From Macrostomum lignano (Eukaryota), in the NCBI GenBank assembly GCA_002269645.1, contig NIVC01000677.1, forward strand, positions 372,001-436,000: a stretch of 64,000 nucleotides of DNA, in the 5' to 3' direction. Shown piece by piece: positions 58,764 to 64,000 of this stretch. The position numbers and the translations under genes were made by a program. The notes under the pieces are model-generated. The model had not been told where the DNA came from, did not search any database, and saw nothing but the letters and a program-made list of their open reading frames with translations. The first letter of the stretch is position 1. The number at the start of each line of letters is the position of its first letter.

Positions 58764-60662
58764 ATGACTGACAGAATTTCGCTACACTCGGTCGGTTCCG
58801 ATGCTTCGCGTTCCGACCCGATTTCCAGCAGTTGCACCGCAAGCAGCGTCGCTTCCGCGCTACTGGAGGCAATGCGAAACGGACAGTGGGACGAATTCAG
58901 TGACCAGCTTGAGAAGCTCGATGCAGACGAGATCCAGGACCTGCTGCTACCGAACTCGGTTGTAGAGACTGCGTCTGTTCACTTCAAGAGTGGAAGTCGA
59001 TCTTCTTCAACGGATTGCGAGATCGCGCCGCTGGTTGAACTCATGCTCTGCCGGAAGCCAAAGCTGACTAAACGTGCTGTGGAGTTGATGCTCATCCCCT
59101 GCTCGGAGAATCTCGTCGACTGTCCGATGGTCTCACTAGTGCAGAGAGCGAGATTCGCTCTATTCCAACTGGTTGACTTCTGTCATGATCACGAAGATTA
59201 CGAGCAGCCCATGGCGAAGCTGTTTCAGCTGCTGTGCAATGACCAGCCAGCATTCTGGGCCGCATTGCTGACTGTAGAGGAAACTGTTGACGCGCTGACT
59301 GCCTTGGAGTATGCAGCCGTGCGGCGCTGCTTCCGCCTGGCCAGGGAGTTCATTGAAGCGCCCCAAAGCATTAGAACGACTCGAGTGTCCAATGCAGACC
59401 GCAGGATGCATCTGGATAAGTATGACCTATCGCGTTATCACTGGCTCAGCGGTGACAGATTCTCGAAATCGCCGTTTGTCCAGCTGGGATGCGCCACCAC
59501 CCGACGACTCCAAGACCAGTTACCCGACTCATACGAAGAGTTCTACCGCTGCCCAGTAGTTCAAGGCTACATTCGCAGCTCCGGCAACGTCATATTCTCT
59601 CCGGCTAGCGCCATCATAGCGGCAATATTTTACTTGGCCTATTATATTATCTATATTGTAACGTTCACAGCTCAGCTTTTTACCCGCGGTCAGTTTCGAG
59701 TCGACGCTGTCGTTCGAATCGCTGGCGAATCGGCGGGAATAAACTCGACAATTTGCTATTTGGAGAATTTACCTCAGTCGCTATTAACCGTCATCGATTT
59801 TGCTAATAGCGGGCGCATAGCGTTGCAGGCTGTTACAGCTGTTACTGCGGGCATGTTCCTGCTCTTCTCCTGCTTTGGCAATTGGAGTCTGCCAAGACCC
59901 TCAAGAAGGAATTGGATTGTCCTGCATTGGCTGCGCAGCGCCTGCACCTATGCAGCGGATATTCGCGAGGGATCGATTCTCAACCTACTATTGTTTCAGC
60001 TGTATTATTTTGCAAATCAGTTCGAATATTTGAAGTGGGACTATGTCTACTGCAATGGAGTTGCCTACGTTGATCCCCTGAATCTGAAATGTCTATTTTT
60101 AATCCACTCTGTGTACCTAATTATGGTGATACTTTTTCTAATCAACCACTTGTCTCACCACTACAAGATATTCTTCTTTCTAATGCACAGCCTCCAAGAG
60201 TCTGTGAATGTTCTACTCATCACTATCACACCGATTTTCATGCTGTGCATGTCCGCTGTGATCTGCTATCCCTTCACTCCTTCCGGCAGCGTTCACATCC
60301 TGGATCAGCTGTTTCAAATAGCCATTGGCGCCTGCCGGTTTGTCTTCGGTCTCGCTGAATATCCCGATTCAAAAAATACGATTCTGCAGTGGATTCAGCC
60401 GATTTTTTTCGTTCTCGTTGCGATATTTTTGACAAATTTTTGCATCGCTCTGCTAACCCAGCGTATATCGATATTGGAGCGCCAAGTTGACCTCAAGCAG
60501 GCGATGGCACAAATAGATTTGCAGCATCAAATTCTGCTCGGCATCCGGTATTTTGGCTTCATCGACCGCGTGTTCATCAGGAGGCGGCGAAAGTTAATCG
60601 TGGAAAATATTCAACTGAGGGTCACGGTTGAGAATAGAGTCACAGTCACCTGCGAAGACTAA
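58764..60662 (+). CDS. Divergent intronless TRP-like cation channel (TRPA/TRPV-like), 632 aa
   Basis: Helical N-terminus with one ankyrin-like motif (TALEYAA), pre-S1 CPVVQGYI, several hydrophobic segments, pore-like ACRFVFGLAEY, S6-like FFVLVAIFLTNFCIALL and a following helix. Confidence 0.55.
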   Translation: MTDRISLHSVGSDASRSDPISSSCTASSVASALLEAMRNGQWDEFSDQLEKLDADEIQDLLLPNSVVETASVHFKSGSRSSSTDCEIAPLVELMLCRKPKLTKRAVELMLIPCSENLVDCPMVSLVQRARFALFQLVDFCHDHEDYEQPMAKLFQLLCNDQPAFWAALLTVEETVDALTALEYAAVRRCFRLAREFIEAPQSIRTTRVSNADRRMHLDKYDLSRYHWLSGDRFSKSPFVQLGCATTRRLQDQLPDSYEEFYRCPVVQGYIRSSGNVIFSPASAIIAAIFYLAYYIIYIVTFTAQLFTRGQFRVDAVVRIAGESAGINSTICYLENLPQSLLTVIDFANSGRIALQAVTAVTAGMFLLFSCFGNWSLPRPSRRNWIVLHWLRSACTYAADIREGSILNLLLFQLYYFANQFEYLKWDYVYCNGVAYVDPLNLKCLFLIHSVYLIMVILFLINHLSHHYKIFFFLMHSLQESVNVLLITITPIFMLCMSAVICYPFTPSGSVHILDQLFQIAIGACRFVFGLAEYPDSKNTILQWIQPIFFVLVAIFLTNFCIALLTQRISILERQVDLKQAMAQIDLQHQILLGIRYFGFIDRVFIRRRRKLIVENIQLRVTVENRVTVTCED

Positions 60663-61322
60663 AAAGCATGCAGGTGCGCTTGTATTCATTCATTACTGTT
60701 TTTGACTTACAACAATATAAGTTCTTGGGTTCTAACCTACTATGATATTAGTTCACTTTTGTGTTTGTTAAGAGGTAAATTATAAATTTTTCCCTGAAAT
60801 GTTTTAAACTTTTTGTAAGCGCAGCTGTGTGTGATTAGATGATATTTAAATTCGTCCAATCGCCACTCGTCAGATCACTCAATTATAAATGGATTTTTAT
60901 ACTTGCAAAAATGTGCAGCTTCTTACTGTTTTTTTATTATTCAAATTAATACAAAATAAACGTCTCCGGAAATATAAAGTTCGAGAGACAACTGCACATT
61001 ACACCCGATGGCTGATGCATGGTTTGCAATGCAAAGCAATTGTTACTCTCATACACCGGTAGGAGTGCGATATCTCCGAAAACTCCTACGAAGCATTTGC
61101 ATGGGACCGAAAAGTTGGACAAATGGGTGTGCTGTATAAGCGGATCGGGGTTTTGAGATGGCAGTCCCTGCATCTGTTGACATGGTGGAGAGAACTATAG
61201 AGCCGTAGGATTTTTTCAGCAGTGATGCTATTCCTCCATTTTCTCCGCCTTTAGCCTCCTACCCCTTTAGCCTTCAAAACTTAGGCTACTGAAATGAGTC
61301 GTCTAACACCATTTGCCGAATG

Positions 61323-61532
61323 CAGTGGCGTACGCAGAGGTAGAAAGGTAGGTAGAGAGGGCCGCGGCTGCGGCCTATACCCAACCGCCCCTGAAAAATT
61401 TTATGCTACTCCAAAAACAAATGAGAGGCAATTAATCAACATCACAACAAAAAGCCGCCCATTAAGAAGACACCAAATTTTTGGCGTTCTTGTTACGGCC
61501 CTCTGCAATTAAAATTTACGCGTGCGCCACTG
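61323..61532. mobile_element. MITE-like element with CAGTGGCGTACGC / GCGTGCGCCACTG termini
   Basis: 12/13 inverted terminal match of a hAT-like type; no TSD found. Confidence 0.5.
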
Positions 61533-63639
61533 CATCAATAGATTCACCTCGAATTTCTGCTACTGGTAGGACCATTATAAATTGATTAATTAAACTTTTT
61601 AGCCAATTTAATTAGTGTGCATTAGTGTGCATGTAAAAAATGTGCATTTAATTTCAATGATAACAGTTTACTAAACTTATTGTTTTTTGTCTACGTTCTA
61701 AACGTCTTACCGGCAAGCTATATATTTATTTAGTATTCTCTAACCTAGGAGTCTAGTCTAGTAAATAAATTGTTTAAACATGACGATTTTTCAAATCCAC
61801 GCAAAAAATTGCCCGACTCGCTCGCGCGCGATATAATAGTCGGGCGGGCAATATAATATTTGTCTTATTGTCTTATTTAAGAACAATGCCTTATGAAAGT
61901 TTAAAGTACTATCCAACAGATGATAGGCCCTAAATTTGCTGCGAAGGGAACCCCTTTAATTCATTTTAGAAATTCTAAAAACATTGTTTACAGTTGAAGC
62001 ATTTTTTCTATTTGGATTTAATTTTGCAACTAAGTCTAGAATGTAAGCTTTAAGATAGACATAAAACAGAGTATATACTATAGACACATTAAGATGAAAA
62101 TAGATTGATAATCACTAGGACTGGGGCCTAGTGGATAACTTTGATAACTTGATAGATTACTGTTTAGGCCTATTCTTTATTATAGGGCCTATGACTTTCT
62201 GTACCTATATCCTCTGTGATAGGCCTAACTATTAGAAAATTAGAAAAAGAATAAATTTTTCATACATTTCTATGGCTTTTTCCTAAATACAAATGGTTTA
62301 AAACCAAGATGGCCATATACCAAGATGGCTAGGCCTACAACAACATTGAATCTTTATTTTATCTATCTCTCTCTAGTAGCCTAGGGGGGGGCTATTAATT
62401 AGCAACTTAATAAAACTTGCCATATTAATTATTATATTTAATCAATCATATTCATAAACATTAATACAATAATAATAGGTTTGAATTGAAACTAATTACC
62501 TATAATATAAACACCTTAATAGGGGTGCCAATCATTTCGTCTGCTGACAGTTCGTCTGCTAAGCAGACGAAAAGTTTTCTCTTTCTAAAACTGTTCATCT
62601 GCCAGGAAATAGGGGTGGGGCCGGGGTATGTGGAGTGGGGTGGGGAGCTGCCCAACTCACAACCTCTTCATTAACATTGTTAAACTGCTGTAAGGACAGT
62701 TGGTCTCTTCAAAATGAATCTCTTCAAAATATGTCATCCGTGCATTAAGTGCCTACTGGGGACTTTGTCAATTTTTAAACGCATGCCCTAGACGCAACTA
62801 TAATATAGAGCGAAATGCAAGTTTACTAGCTAGAACAGTCGTTTAGAGAGGGGGAGACACATTATGTGACAATTATAGATGATTTGAAAGCTTCTTAATA
62901 AGTAAAAATTGTTTTGTTTCATATTAGGATCATTTATCTACAAAGTGTGTTGCATGATTAATTTTTGTTGGATTAAGTTTAGTTTGTTTTACTTGCGATA
63001 CTTTGCTATAGCAAACATACCTTGAATTATAAATTTAATAATCTCAGCAACGTTGAAAATCGTACTAGAGCAATTTATAATAGCAGATCAATTTTTGACT
63101 TTATAAAGTCAACTATAGTTCACTGCTACAATCATGTAACTAACTAGCCTTAAGACTATATGCAAAGGACCGCCTAAGGCTAAGCCAATACTATTTAGTC
63201 TGCAATGATGATTATAACATGTTACGGGGTACATTTACATATATGTACTACTACCCTGTCAGAAATCTCGGTGCACCAGCGGGTTGGCGATTGCGGAGCC
63301 TATAGCAACAGGTGACTGTTGTCTAGGCAACTGATTGCCATGCATACTACTCGTACTATTTCGAAGACAGATTTTTTACCCTACAGAGAAATTGCTCCCT
63401 GCTGAGTTTGGTGTTGTCATTTGTCAAGAAGCCGTTGCGGTATCTAGTTTTTGTGATTGCACATTCTGTTGTTTGAGTTGAATATCTGAATACAAAAGGT
63501 GGGCGGGGTTGCTGTCAATTCAAGCTTGAATGAACAAAGATTTATTTTGGTCAAATTTTTGTCACACCCCTTCTCTCCTTATGTGCATTGTGACTAATGG
63601 TGGTGGTAACTCACGGATCGTTACACTCCCTCTTATTTC

Positions 63640-64000
63640 TCTCCCTCTCACTCACTCACTCACTCACTCACTCACTCACTCACTCACTCAATCTCTCTCT
63701 CTCTCTCTCTCTCATGAGTGAGAAGATGAGCTAGAGAGAGAAGAGAAGGAGATCGAGAAGAAAGGGGAGAGAGGAGTGGAATGGAGATTAGAGGAGAGAG
63801 GTGAGGAGATGAAAGGAGAGAGAGGAGAGAGGAGAGGAAGATGGGAGAGGAGATTGGAGAGAGGTTGAGAGTGGAGAGAGGCTGAGAGTGAGCTGAGAGT
63901 GAAGATTGGAGAGAGCTTGAGAGTGGAGAAAGGCTGAGAGTGAGCTGAGAGTGGAGATTGGAGAGGTTGAGAGTGGAGATTGGAGAAAGGCTGAGAGTGA
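63640..64000. repeat. (ACTC)n and (TC)n microsatellites, then a GA-rich repeat to the window end
   Basis: Direct reading. Confidence 0.95.

Noticed and set aside
61323-61532. Membership of this MITE in the CATACATGCGCAAC family
   Set aside because: Different TIR sequence, no AAGTCGC motifs and no TSD.

Overview
Eukaryotic, intron-containing, repeat-rich DNA, most consistent with a free-living flatworm such as Macrostomum. That is an inference from the GC-rich exons, minisatellite-filled introns and a two-alpha-crystallin-domain sHSP. Host genes rebuilt from splice sites and motifs: a NIMA/NEK-like kinase (5' end not found), Orai, ACAP/centaurin-beta (BAR-PH-ArfGAP-ANK), CPOX, a MacroD-type ADP-ribosylhydrolase, an unknown protein with an internal domain duplication, an inverted pair of identical sHSP genes with HSE/TATA promoters around an orphan ORF, and an intronless divergent TRP-like channel. 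Two DNA transposons have TIRs and target-site duplications (TSDs) readable directly. One is a 3.15-kb Chapaev-type element with a RAG1/Transib-like transposase (9264-12416, TSD ACCT). The other is a 6.45-kb hAT element (38096-44544, TSD AGCATAGT) that split a tRNA-derived SINE. The top candidate for novelty is the hAT coding region: a predicted signal peptide and lamin-tail-domain (LTD)-like module joined in frame, via a GT-AG intron and four frameshifts, to a zinc finger and ZNF862-like hAT core. The element also carries an internal second left end matching a free MITE and a 1.5-kb satellite of its own subterminal motif. Five MITEs with related TIRs and their own 8-bp TSDs occur nearby. All calls are by eye; no database searches were run, and array boundaries are approximate.
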